This document shows positions 37,685-47,079 of a stretch of 64,000 bases of DNA, piece by piece. The notes below the pieces were generated by a model. The model ran no database searches, was not told where the DNA came from, and was given only the letters and a program-made list of their open reading frames with translations. Within the stretch, counting starts at the first letter, position 1. Every line of letters begins with the position of its first letter. Location: NCBI GenBank assembly GCA_049517435.1, contig JBEKRZ010000003.1:2453-66452 (forward strand), given 5' to 3'. Source of the stretch: Smithella sp. GTDB taxonomy: Bacteria; Desulfobacterota; Syntrophia; Syntrophales; Smithellaceae. The position numbers were made by a program, and so were the translations under genes.

Positions 37685-37733
37685 CCAGAACATCAAAATC
37701 AATCGGGTGTGTAACACACGTCTGGGTTTTTTT
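37685..37733 (+). terminator. Hairpin + T7 run (plus-strand terminator-like; possibly bidirectional)
   Basis: CCAGA...GTGTG-TAA-CACAC..TCTGG followed by GTTTTTTT. There is no plus-strand gene upstream. It lies 90 nt downstream of the minus-strand ALDH stop. Confidence 0.35.
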
Positions 37734-37820
37734 GTTGACGAGGCAGAGATAAACACAATCTTTAAGTTGGGACTCTTGCAGCCTTTGTAACTAGCGCCAC
37801 AGCAACTGAGGCAGTTTGCT

Positions 37821-39239
37821 TTACGTCAACCAACTCGTCGAGAGCTGGATGCATTTTTTCACCCACGCGGTATATGGTGGATAAATCATTTTCAATAGAT
37901 CCGGCCACCCTTGCGTAAGCACCGCACGCTGGTGCGAGAAAGTCACAAACCCGAAGTGGCCGTGGTAGTTGCCCATGCCGCTGTTACCGATACCGCCAAA
38001 AGGCAAGTTTCCATTGGCAAGATGCATGATGAGGCTGTTCACACATGTACCGCCAGCCGTTGTTTCACCAAGAATCTTTTCGATGTTCGCGTGGCTTTGA
38101 CTGAAGATGTAGAGCGCCAGCGGTTTCTCGCGTCTGTGGATGATCTCGATCGCTTCATCCAATGTATGAAACGAAATAACAGGCAGAATCGGCCCAAAAA
38201 TCTCGTTTTGCATGATGGGTGAATCGTTACGGACATGAGTGAGCATAGTGGGCGCGACAAAACGTTCATCAGGAGCAGCTTTCCCTCCAAATGCCACCTG
38301 CGCTCCTGCGGCAATGGATTTATCGAGGAGCGTTTCCAGTTCGCGGGCTTTACCGACGGTTACAATGCGACAGAAGTCCGGGCTTTCGCTTTGGCTCGCA
38401 ATCGATGCTCCAAATCGTGCCGCGATCACCTGCCGGGCGATTGTGACGAAGTTATCCACAATGGATTCGTGCATCAGGATGTAATCTGGTGCAACGCAAG
38501 TCTGACCGGCATTGATGAACTTGCCCCACAGAATACGCTCGGCTGCCGTCCGGGGATCTGCGGTTTCATCGACGATGACTGGCGACTTTCCGCCAAGCTC
38601 AAGCGTCACGCTGGCAAGGTTTTTCGCGGCTGCGGCCATTATTTTTTTCCCGACCGAAGGACTACCCGTAAAGAAAATGTGATCAAACGGAAGTTCTAGA
38701 AGGGCATCCGATACCAATGAGTTTCCTTCAAAGAAAGCAACTTCGTTTTCGGGAAAAACATCGACAAGCAACGCCTTCATCATGGCACTTGTTTTCGGTG
38801 TCTTGCTCGATGGCTTAACGATAACGCAGTTGCCAGCGGCAATCGCGGATGTGAGCGGTGTGATTGTCAAGTTGAAGGGGTAGTTCCACGGTGAAAGGAT
38901 GAGTACCATACCTTTGGGTTCGTGCCGATATTCCGAGCGCGTACCAAAGAGAGAAAGCGGTGTGGGCACTCTGACCGGTTTCATCCACGAAACGAGGTGA
39001 GCAATTGTATGTTTAATTTCAGAAATAGCCGGAATAATTTCGGTGAGATCCGATTCTGCGGGGTTTTTGCGAAAGTCTTCGTAAATTGCTTTTTGGATCA
39101 ACGGCGTTCTAACCTCGATCAGATCCCGTAGGCGTTTCAGTTTACCAATGCGTTCCAAGGCGGTGGTCTTAGCAACCTTCCAACGGTTGGCTCTCTGGAG
39201 TTCGAAAACGCGTGTGATTTCGTTTTGTATGTTGTCCAT
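37821..39239 (-). CDS. NAD(P)-dependent aldehyde dehydrogenase (class-3-like)
   Basis: 472 aa. ELGGKSP and the catalytic Cys in GQTCVAPDY. GC is about 55% against about 35% in the next gene (hand-counted samples). Confidence 0.9.
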   Translation of the reverse strand: MDNIQNEITRVFELQRANRWKVAKTTALERIGKLKRLRDLIEVRTPLIQKAIYEDFRKNPAESDLTEIIPAISEIKHTIAHLVSWMKPVRVPTPLSLFGTRSEYRHEPKGMVLILSPWNYPFNLTITPLTSAIAAGNCVIVKPSSKTPKTSAMMKALLVDVFPENEVAFFEGNSLVSDALLELPFDHIFFTGSPSVGKKIMAAAAKNLASVTLELGGKSPVIVDETADPRTAAERILWGKFINAGQTCVAPDYILMHESIVDNFVTIARQVIAARFGASIASQSESPDFCRIVTVGKARELETLLDKSIAAGAQVAFGGKAAPDERFVAPTMLTHVRNDSPIMQNEIFGPILPVISFHTLDEAIEIIHRREKPLALYIFSQSHANIEKILGETTAGGTCVNSLIMHLANGNLPFGGIGNSGMGNYHGHFGFVTFSHQRAVLTQGWPDLLKMIYPPYTAWVKKCIQLSTSWLT

Positions 39240-39363
39240 AAAATTTCCTTTCTAATTTGCCACACTTCTTTGGCCTTGGGTCAAAGAGAAAAACGATGCA
39301 GAATAATTATTATGTTTATAACGCTTCTTCGGCAAGTCTACTAGCCCAACCTTACTAAACATA

Positions 39364-40287
39364 TTAAATTTTAATGCCCTTAATGAAATCTATATAATGC
39401 GTTGCTGTTTCCTGCGGTTTTTCCATCATGGGCACATGGCCGCAATTTTTTATGATCACAGTTTTGTGATTCTTTAGTCCCTTTTCAAAAACCGGTACGC
39501 TGGAAACATCAATAACTTTATCCTGATCGCCCCAAAGGATTAAAGCTGGTGCTTTTATATTTTGCAGGTCTTTTTCGAGAGAGTACAAATCAGGAGCGAA
39601 TTCTTTGCGTTCCTTTTCATAAAACTGACGATTGGCTAAAGCAGTTTTGATCATTACCTTTTTGATCGGATAAGGTAAACTTGGCTCGTTGACACAAAGG
39701 AGTGCCGTCAAGCGTGGAACATCGTTGCTGTCTTTTAATAAAAGTGGATTTTCGCCTTTTTCTGCCATTTTATATACTACACTTTTCCCCAGGGATGTGA
39801 CTCCTCCGGCATCAAACAGTCCCACGCTGATAACTTCATCAGGATAGCGCACAGCATAAGTACCTGCAAATAAACCGCCCATGGAATTACCGGCGATATG
39901 AAATTTTTTCAACTCAAGCGCCTGTACGAATTTATGCAAACGCGACATTTGATTGGATAAGTCGTAGGAGTCCTTCTCGATCATCGAGCTTTCTCCATAG
40001 CCGGGAAGATCGGGGATCACCACATGGTAATCCTTAGTTAAATAAGGAGCTAGCATTATCCAGTTGTCTTTGCTTCCCATATAACCGTGTAAAAGTAATA
40101 TTGTCGGTCCCTTGCCTCCCTCCAGATAAACAATGTTATGGTCATCGATCTTGATTTCTTTTTTAGTCAGGCCAGCCTTGCTTCTGGCCGCGTTGATCAT
40201 ATAATCGGCTACTTTTTCCGGGAAAGCATAATAACAGGCCACTAACGCGACGATAATAACTAATACAGCAATTAAGAATTTTTTCAT
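39364..40287 (-). CDS. alpha/beta-fold hydrolase with N-terminal anchor
   Basis: 307 aa. HG oxyanion motif (LLLHGY), nucleophile elbow GNSMGG, and a C-terminal His (CGHVP). Confidence 0.8.
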   Translation of the reverse strand: MKKFLIAVLVIIVALVACYYAFPEKVADYMINAARSKAGLTKKEIKIDDHNIVYLEGGKGPTILLLHGYMGSKDNWIMLAPYLTKDYHVVIPDLPGYGESSMIEKDSYDLSNQMSRLHKFVQALELKKFHIAGNSMGGLFAGTYAVRYPDEVISVGLFDAGGVTSLGKSVVYKMAEKGENPLLLKDSNDVPRLTALLCVNEPSLPYPIKKVMIKTALANRQFYEKERKEFAPDLYSLEKDLQNIKAPALILWGDQDKVIDVSSVPVFEKGLKNHKTVIIKNCGHVPMMEKPQETATHYIDFIKGIKI

Positions 40288-40311
40288 TTTCCCCTCCTCA
40301 TACTTTTGGTA

Positions 40312-41466
40312 TCAGAATGCAGGATTCGGCTTATTTTTTTTGGGCAGAATCCTCACGATTCTTTCTTTGCCTTCAACCATTGATATCGCGTTTTGCGGAC
40401 AGAAATGCGCGCACACCCCGCATCCGATACAGCGTTCTACCTTGCGGCGGGCTTTTTTATCGTCGTTTAAATAAGCTGCGTAGGTGTGACATTTCTTCAC
40501 GCATGTGCCGCACCCGATGCAGAGATCGTCGTTGACCACGGATAGAAAATTGGTCGTATTGGCTATAGGCACGATCATGTTATCGACTCCGTTGGCACAG
40601 CAGCATCGGCAGCAGTTGCAGATGCTCGTTTCATCCTTGCTGGTATCGAAATTCGGATGATAGGCCTTATGCACAAGCCCCGCGTCCTCTGCCTTCTTTA
40701 AAACCATCAATGCTTCATCCTTCGAGATCATCCTCGAAAAACCCTGCTCCGATGTGAATCTTGCTGATTTGCCGAAAGTAAAACAGTTTTCCCTTTCATC
40801 CGTCTGTTTGCAGGGCGTTCCGGACATGTCTTTATGATGCCGGCAAAAGCAATGTCCCAGTGCGATTTCATCAAATTTTTGTATTAGCTCCTCAACCTTT
40901 TTAGTCGGAACAATTTTGTCCGCGGCGGCGCTGATTTCTTTATCAATAATAATTTTTATTTTTTCATTTTTAGGTTTGTTGTCAAAGACAGGCACTGTTC
41001 TGTCGACCGGCGGCAAATTCGATAAATGAGGGATGAGAGCGTCATAATTCTGCTGGACCATATTATCAAATTCCCCGAACAATTTATCGAATAACAGGGA
41101 TAGTTCCCTGTTTCTTTCATTCATCTCAATCTTGCCCATAAAAGTATATTCAAAGGCTCCCACGTTTATCAGCGGCAGTAATCTGAAAACCATAATCCCC
41201 TTGCTGTTGGGCTGATTGAAGATAACGCCCCTGCTGGCCAGGTCCTTCACTTTTTTATTGATTTCTTCTTCCGATAAGCCGCTCGATAACTTTAACTGTT
41301 CCATCGTCTGGGATTTTTTATCATGGAATGCAGAGATAAAATCCAATTCATCTTCAATAATATAATATTTTAAAATTTTAATCAGAGTATCATTGACAGG
41401 AATCGGGGTCCCTCCGGCTGTGCTTATGATTTCGCCGGCTTTTTTGTATTTTTCATCAATATTCAT
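40312..41466 (-). CDS. 4Fe-4S dicluster-containing protein of unknown function
   Basis: 384 aa. CIGCGTCVKKC and CIGCGVCAHFCP at the C-terminus, extra Cys clusters (CNCCRCCC), and a helical N-terminal domain. Confidence 0.6.
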   Translation of the reverse strand: MNIDEKYKKAGEIISTAGGTPIPVNDTLIKILKYYIIEDELDFISAFHDKKSQTMEQLKLSSGLSEEEINKKVKDLASRGVIFNQPNSKGIMVFRLLPLINVGAFEYTFMGKIEMNERNRELSLLFDKLFGEFDNMVQQNYDALIPHLSNLPPVDRTVPVFDNKPKNEKIKIIIDKEISAAADKIVPTKKVEELIQKFDEIALGHCFCRHHKDMSGTPCKQTDERENCFTFGKSARFTSEQGFSRMISKDEALMVLKKAEDAGLVHKAYHPNFDTSKDETSICNCCRCCCANGVDNMIVPIANTTNFLSVVNDDLCIGCGTCVKKCHTYAAYLNDDKKARRKVERCIGCGVCAHFCPQNAISMVEGKERIVRILPKKNKPNPAF

Positions 41467-41510
41467 ATATTTTCCTCCGGATTTAATTTTATAAACAAGT
41501 TAGCATTGAA

Positions 41511-42068
41511 TTAAAACATCGCCTTATCCAGTGTATTCAAATACACTATTTCGGAGATTGGTTTGCGTGGAGGCCCTTCTCTCGGCGGCACGGCAGGCTT
41601 TCCAATCGGAATGACGGCAACAACTTTATGCCCTTCCGGAACAGCGAGAATATTTTCACAACCTTTATGATCCATCAAGCCAACCACAACAGTGCCTAAC
41701 CCCAACTCGTGTGCTTTTAAGCAAAGTGTTTGGACGGCTATACCCAAATCGAACATATACCAGTTATGAATCGCCGTGACTTCTTTCCCGCCGTAACAGC
41801 CGGATATGCCGGTTTTCGCGCAAGCGACAATCAAGGCGGAAGCAGCAAGCGAACATTTTGTCGCCGGATTCTTTTCGACATAAGTCCCGGTTACCTTTTC
41901 AATCAACGCCTTATCGCGGATAACTATAAATTCCCATGTTTGAGTATTAGCCCAGGAAGGAGCCCAACGCACCGCCTCGAATATCTGCCGAAGCTCCTCG
42001 TCAGTTACAACATTTTCGGTAAATTTTCTTATGCTCCTGCGTTTTAAGATAGCTTCTTGTAGTTCCAT
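41511..42068 (-). CDS. Nitroreductase-family flavoprotein
   Basis: 185 aa. N-terminus ILKRRSIRKF and WAPSWANTQTWEF. Confidence 0.8.
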   Translation of the reverse strand: MELQEAILKRRSIRKFTENVVTDEELRQIFEAVRWAPSWANTQTWEFIVIRDKALIEKVTGTYVEKNPATKCSLAASALIVACAKTGISGCYGGKEVTAIHNWYMFDLGIAVQTLCLKAHELGLGTVVVGLMDHKGCENILAVPEGHKVVAVIPIGKPAVPPREGPPRKPISEIVYLNTLDKAMF

Positions 42069-42093
42069 AGTCTGATCTCCATTTTTTTATTTT

Positions 42094-42218
42094 ATACCAA
42101 TTCTAAATCAAAGCGCTATTTTTGTTGGCGTCGTTGTCGGCTTCCTCAACGTATGTATAATACGCCTCGTTGCCTCCGCCTAGCCGCCCCAATATCATCT
42201 TTGATTTAGAATTGGTAT
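42094..42218. mobile_element. M-family MITE-like element, compact copy with perfect 20-bp terminal inverted repeats
   Basis: ATACCAATTCTAAATCAAAG ... CTTTGATTTAGAATTGGTAT. The interior carries GGCGTCGTTGTCGGCTTCCTCAACGTAT-GTATAAT-ACGCCTCGTTGCCTCCGCC. Confidence 0.8.
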
Positions 42219-42394
42219 TATTTATAAACTGCATCTGACGTCTCGGATTTACTTGATTTAGTCTTTGTAATTTTTTCATCAAAAAAACTTCGGGCTTGAT
42301 CAGCGACGGCGGAAATGGGGAAAATATTTCCTTTGTAATCCGGTTCCAAAGAGCCGATTAATTCTATAAATATATGAATTGCAACGAACTTGCA

Positions 42395-43123
42395 TCAGCA
42401 TATTCCGCCATTAATGCTCAGGACCTGTCCGGTTATGTAAGAGGCGTCAGTAGAACACAAAAAGCGAATGACGTTGGCTACTTCTTCCGGTTTTCCCAGA
42501 CGTGCCATGGGAATCATTTTTTTGATTTCGGCCACAGGCGCGTCCTTAATCATGTCGGTTTCAATTAAACCCGGGGCAACGAGATTAACGCGAATACCAA
42601 AGCGCGCTACTTCCGTGGCCAGCGCACGGGAAGCGGCAATTATTCCCGCCTTGGCCGCGGCATAATTTGTCTGCCCGCGATTAGGCATCAGTGCAGATAA
42701 GGAGGAAACGGAAACGATGGAACCGCATTTACGCCGGACCATTTCGCGCAAAACAGGTTTCGTGATGTTATAAAAACCTTTCAGCGTTGTGTTGATGACA
42801 CTGTCCCATTCTTCTTCTCCCAATAACATAAAAAGACCGTCGGCATTAATTCCGGCATTGTTAACGAGCACCTGAATATTTTTATGACGTTCGATAATTG
42901 TTTTAACAGCATCTCTAGTTTGTGCCGTGTCGGCAACATCAAATTGAAAAATTTCTCCGTCTCCACCGGCGGATTGCACAAGCTTTAATGTTTCCGCCGC
43001 CGCATCTTCATTGGACTTAAAGTTGATGATTACAAAATATCCGGTTTTTGCCAGTTCCACGGCTGTGGCGCGACCGATGCCGCGACTTGCTCCTGTAATT
43101 ATCGCTGTTTTTTTATCGTCCAT
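42395..43123 (-). CDS. fabG: 3-oxoacyl-ACP reductase-type short-chain dehydrogenase
   Basis: 242 aa. TGASRGIG cofactor motif, NNAG, and the catalytic Y-x3-K in NYAAAKAG. Confidence 0.85.
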   Translation of the reverse strand: MDDKKTAIITGASRGIGRATAVELAKTGYFVIINFKSNEDAAAETLKLVQSAGGDGEIFQFDVADTAQTRDAVKTIIERHKNIQVLVNNAGINADGLFMLLGEEEWDSVINTTLKGFYNITKPVLREMVRRKCGSIVSVSSLSALMPNRGQTNYAAAKAGIIAASRALATEVARFGIRVNLVAPGLIETDMIKDAPVAEIKKMIPMARLGKPEEVANVIRFLCSTDASYITGQVLSINGGIC

Positions 43124-43180
43124 ATTCTAATAGTGCTCCTAAAAAATAATTTCCTTATTGTCTTCATTCATGCGTAAGGA

Positions 43181-43336
43181 CTAAAGTGAATTCAAAGAGT
43201 TTCCGTCATAAAGAGGCCATTGGGTATTTACAAAAGCAGTGCTGATGGCAGTGGCGGCTTTTATTTCCAGAATTCCACTGATAATTTTTATTTTCTCCCG
43301 ATGCGGAATCAAACTTTCAATATCAACGTTAATCAT
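43181..43336 (-). pseudogene. Possible truncated hotdog-fold (3-hydroxyacyl-ACP dehydratase-like) gene remnant
   Basis: MINVDIESLIPHREKIKIISGILE... resembles the N-terminus of FabZ/ApeI-type dehydratases (LLPHR.PM.L.D). It stops after about 51 aa, only 57 nt before fabG. Confidence 0.3.
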
Positions 43337-43513
43337 AGGCAACTTTTGGAAATATTTTTTATATAATAAATGAAAAAACCACGTAGAAGTCAATAAGAAT
43401 TGTTCTTTTTACGGTAAAAAAGTAAAAAAAAAGATGTTATTTTTTTCGGATACAGCTTCGGCTATGTATTCAAATTACTTGCCATTCCCCTACTTTTCGA
43501 TACATAATATCTC

Positions 43514-43542
43514 TTGACAAGAAAATACAGCCCTCATATACT
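43514..43542 (+). promoter_or_regulatory. sigma70-type promoter for the enolase-PilZ-HD-GYP operon
   Basis: TTGACA, a 17-nt spacer, then TATACT. Located 93 nt upstream of the ATG at 43635. Confidence 0.6.
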
Positions 43543-43634
43543 TAATAAGCTGTATAAAAGTTACAACGAATAATAAACTATATTCATATTTTGCATTATA
43601 AGCGGCAATTAAGGTTAGAGGAGAAAATCGAAGG

Positions 43635-44846
43635 ATGAAGCAGGCCCTAGTAATAAAAGCTGAACCATTACGGTTAAATTTGAAAACAACTATTCGTCAT
43701 GCCGCGGCAACGAGAGATGAAGGAGAGAGCATCTGGGTCCAGGCAAAAAGGCATGGACATACAGGGTACGGTGAGGGTTGTCCTCGAGTCTATGTGGCCG
43801 GCGATGATCTCGACACAAGTCTCACTTGGATAAAGGAAAATTTTTCCTCCGGCAAGGTGAATTTTGAAACACTGGAAGATCTGAAACAGTGGGCAGAAGA
43901 GAAAGAAAAAGAAATTGATAACTACCCGTCGGCATGGTGCGCCATAGAAATGGCGATGCTTGACCTGCTTTCCCGGGAGAGGGGTTGCACTGTTGAAAAG
44001 CTACTGGGACTCGACGACGGCAAACTTTGTAGCCGTTACACTGCTGTGCTGGGAGACGGCAAGAAATGGAAATATACCACAATGGCAGAGCAATATCTGA
44101 TCCGCGGGATTTCGGATTTTAAAATCAAATTAAGCGGCAATCTGGAACGTGATATTGAAAAACTCGATATTCTTGAAAAATTATCTGTAGAGCATCATGC
44201 CAAGCCCATACGTGTTCGTCTTGATGCCAATAATTTATGGAAGGATCGCTGTGACGAAGCTATAGAGTATACAATTATGCTGGGGGCTGGGCGGATCTTT
44301 GCCATGGAAGAACCTGTGCGGGCGAAAAATGCCGAAGATATAAGCAGGTTCAGCACCGCTACGGGACTCCCCGTTATTCTAGATGAAAGCCTTTGCACCC
44401 TCGATGATTTGTTGCTCTACAGAAAGATTGAAGGGAAATTCATAGCGAACATTAAAGTATCGAGGGTGGGTGGCCTTATAAGAGCCTTGAAAATGATTGA
44501 AGAGCTGAAAAAACTGCGCTGGCCAGTTATTATCGGATGCCATGTGGGCGAAACATCTTTGCTTACAAGGGCTGCTCTTGTTGTCTCCGGCGCTACCGGA
44601 GATAGTCTTATTGCCCATGAGGGAGCATTTGGCGACTATCTGGTGAAACGGGAACCGGTAAGCCCAATGTTAAAATTTGGCCTCGAGGGGCTGCTGGATT
44701 TGAATTCTCCCTACTACCTCAAGACTGTTCAGGGACTTCAGGTTATCCCTCCCGAAAACTGGAGCGTTGGATTCGGGATGCAGTGTCGTATGCCAATCAT
44801 TACGGAAGTTACCACCGAAAATTTAACCTTTACTCGGAAGAACTGA
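43635..44846 (+). CDS. Enolase-superfamily enzyme (MLE subgroup: OSBS / N-acylamino-acid racemase / dipeptide epimerase-like)
   Basis: 403 aa. KxK motif (FKIKL); metal ligands in RLDANN, AMEEP and ILDESL; second catalytic Lys in NIKVSRVGG. Confidence 0.8.
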   Translation: MKQALVIKAEPLRLNLKTTIRHAAATRDEGESIWVQAKRHGHTGYGEGCPRVYVAGDDLDTSLTWIKENFSSGKVNFETLEDLKQWAEEKEKEIDNYPSAWCAIEMAMLDLLSRERGCTVEKLLGLDDGKLCSRYTAVLGDGKKWKYTTMAEQYLIRGISDFKIKLSGNLERDIEKLDILEKLSVEHHAKPIRVRLDANNLWKDRCDEAIEYTIMLGAGRIFAMEEPVRAKNAEDISRFSTATGLPVILDESLCTLDDLLLYRKIEGKFIANIKVSRVGGLIRALKMIEELKKLRWPVIIGCHVGETSLLTRAALVVSGATGDSLIAHEGAFGDYLVKREPVSPMLKFGLEGLLDLNSPYYLKTVQGLQVIPPENWSVGFGMQCRMPIITEVTTENLTFTRKN

Positions 44847-44937
44847 TGAAAAAATAAGACTCATGAGAAAAAACCACTTTATCGATTTTCTGTTTTTTAC
44901 AAAACAGTCGATAATAAATTAGGAAACCTTATCAACA

Positions 44938-47079
44938 ATGAAGGGTTTTAATATGTTTAGCATAGATCGAAATATTAAGCCAGTATTCAAGCTGTATAAA
45001 GGCCTAGCTGAACGCAACGAAATAACTGCCCCTTGGCGTTTCCGCAATCAGGATCTTATCCGAAATCACAAACCCAACAAGAAGATTATCAAACAGAAAG
45101 AACTGATTAATCTATGGAATAGTCATCACTTTACGGATGGCATGGTATACGTGCAGCTCCATCACCCTCAGTATAACGAAGATATTCTAGTCCGGGCACA
45201 TCCGGAACCTTGCGGCAATGGCTCGATGACCTGCCGCTGGCCGGAGAAGAGCCGCAGCATTACAGAAAGGGCAGATATTTTAAATATCATTTTCACGGAC
45301 GGTCTTTCGGTGTTTCTTATCCCCACCCGGCTAAAGGACGTTCAAAAGGATTATTTCACCATTCACCTGCCCGACAAGGGTTATATACTTGGTCAACGTC
45401 GGGCCAGACGCTATCTTTGCCAAGGCATTGAGGTCGCAGTGGTGCAAAACGGTTTTTGGTCTCAAGGCCGGCTTGTTGATTTCAGCGCCCTGGCTTTTAG
45501 CGTTGAGGTCAGCCCTGAGCCAGCGGGGTCTTTTCGCTGGTTTAATGCCGACAGCCCATCAACCATCCATCTTTATCGGAATGAGCAGATAATTTTTTCG
45601 GCATCCTGCAACTTAATCCGGCAGACATCTGATCAGACAACACGGGATATGGTCTTTGCCCCGGCAACCAGCCAAACGAGTCGTGTTCTTAAGAAGAAAT
45701 CGCGCAATTCCCGCGTCGGGGTCACCCCCATGCCGAATATTACTTTTGATCACCCGGCAACAAGAGAAAAAATTCAACTGGATATTTATGATCTTTCAAC
45801 CTCGGGCTTTGCCGTTTATCTATCGGCCGAAGAGGATGTACTGATGACCGGAATGATCATTTCTGGTCTGACCATTAATTATGCCGATGCCTTGAAAATG
45901 AAATGCAATGCCCAAATCCTCTACCGTCGCGAGGAGAAAAAGGGAAATATTCGCTACGGCTTTGTCATCCGTGATATGGATATCGTCAATTATAACCGTT
46001 TGGGTCATATTATCATGAATATTATCGATCCGAACACCCATATTGCCGATGAAGTGGATGCGGATAAATTATGGAAATTTCTTTTTGAGAGCGGTTTCAT
46101 TTATCCTAAAAAATATAATCTGGTTCAGTCTCACCGGCAGCCCATGAAAGAATTCTATCGGAGGCTTTATCGCGACAATCCGGAATTCATCGCTCAACTG
46201 ACATACCAGCGAAACGGCCGGATTTACGGACACATCTCCATGATCCACTCCTACGAGCGGACATGGATGATTCATCACCTTGCCGCCGGTACGCTCAACA
46301 ATAAGCGGACAGGCGTGCAAGTTCTGAAACAAGCCCTCCGTTATATTGATGGTATCTATCGTCTCCCCGCCGCCCAAATGGACTATATGATGTTTTATTA
46401 TCGTCCCGAAAACAGTTTTCCCGATCATTTTTTTGGCGGTTTTGCCAGGCATCTCAATAATCCGCAAGCCTGTTCTCTTGATCTCTTTTCCTATCTTAGT
46501 TATCCGACGTCCGGTGTCCGTCAACCGCTTCCGGCGGGGTGGTCACTGGAACCGTTTATATCATCCGATTTCGGTGAAATAGACCGTTTTTACCGGAATA
46601 TCTCCGGAGGTCTCTTCCTAGAAATTTTACGTTTGGACAAAGAACAGGAAAACACTGAATCTCTGTCGCAACTGTATGCCCGGAACGGGTTCAAAAGAAG
46701 TTGTCAAAGCTTTTCATTGAAAGAAAAAAGGAGGTTAAAGGCTGTACTCATTGTAAACCAATCGGATCCGGGCCTTAGCCTGTCGGACTTCCTCAATGGG
46801 ATTAAAATTATAGTCAATGATGCGGACGGATTGCCCTGGGAAGCGCTATCGTCTGCCATTTCTCAATTAGTCGGCTCTTATACGATTGACAAAATACCTA
46901 TTCTAGTTTATCCATCAAGTTACTTGGAGTCAAAAGAAGTTCCTTCTAAAAAACAATATAATTTATGGGTCATGGATGTGAATTATGGTAAAGAGCTTGG
47001 TGAATATTTTGTGGCAAATACAAAACATTGGTTTAAATCTTTAATCCGTTTTCTCATTAGGAAATATCTGAAAAAATAA
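44938..47079 (+). CDS. Tandem PilZ-like domains fused to a large GNAT-like C-terminal half (function unknown)
   Basis: 713 aa. PilZ-like 1 has QRRARRY (RxxxR) followed by DFSALA. PilZ-like 2 has KSRNSRV followed by DLSTSG (DxSxxG). The C-terminal region WMIHHLAA..NKRTGVQVLKQALRYI...MMFYYRPENSFPDHFFGGFA resembles GNAT motif A/B topology. All domain calls were made by eye. Confidence 0.55.
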   Translation: MKGFNMFSIDRNIKPVFKLYKGLAERNEITAPWRFRNQDLIRNHKPNKKIIKQKELINLWNSHHFTDGMVYVQLHHPQYNEDILVRAHPEPCGNGSMTCRWPEKSRSITERADILNIIFTDGLSVFLIPTRLKDVQKDYFTIHLPDKGYILGQRRARRYLCQGIEVAVVQNGFWSQGRLVDFSALAFSVEVSPEPAGSFRWFNADSPSTIHLYRNEQIIFSASCNLIRQTSDQTTRDMVFAPATSQTSRVLKKKSRNSRVGVTPMPNITFDHPATREKIQLDIYDLSTSGFAVYLSAEEDVLMTGMIISGLTINYADALKMKCNAQILYRREEKKGNIRYGFVIRDMDIVNYNRLGHIIMNIIDPNTHIADEVDADKLWKFLFESGFIYPKKYNLVQSHRQPMKEFYRRLYRDNPEFIAQLTYQRNGRIYGHISMIHSYERTWMIHHLAAGTLNNKRTGVQVLKQALRYIDGIYRLPAAQMDYMMFYYRPENSFPDHFFGGFARHLNNPQACSLDLFSYLSYPTSGVRQPLPAGWSLEPFISSDFGEIDRFYRNISGGLFLEILRLDKEQENTESLSQLYARNGFKRSCQSFSLKEKRRLKAVLIVNQSDPGLSLSDFLNGIKIIVNDADGLPWEALSSAISQLVGSYTIDKIPILVYPSSYLESKEVPSKKQYNLWVMDVNYGKELGEYFVANTKHWFKSLIRFLIRKYLKK

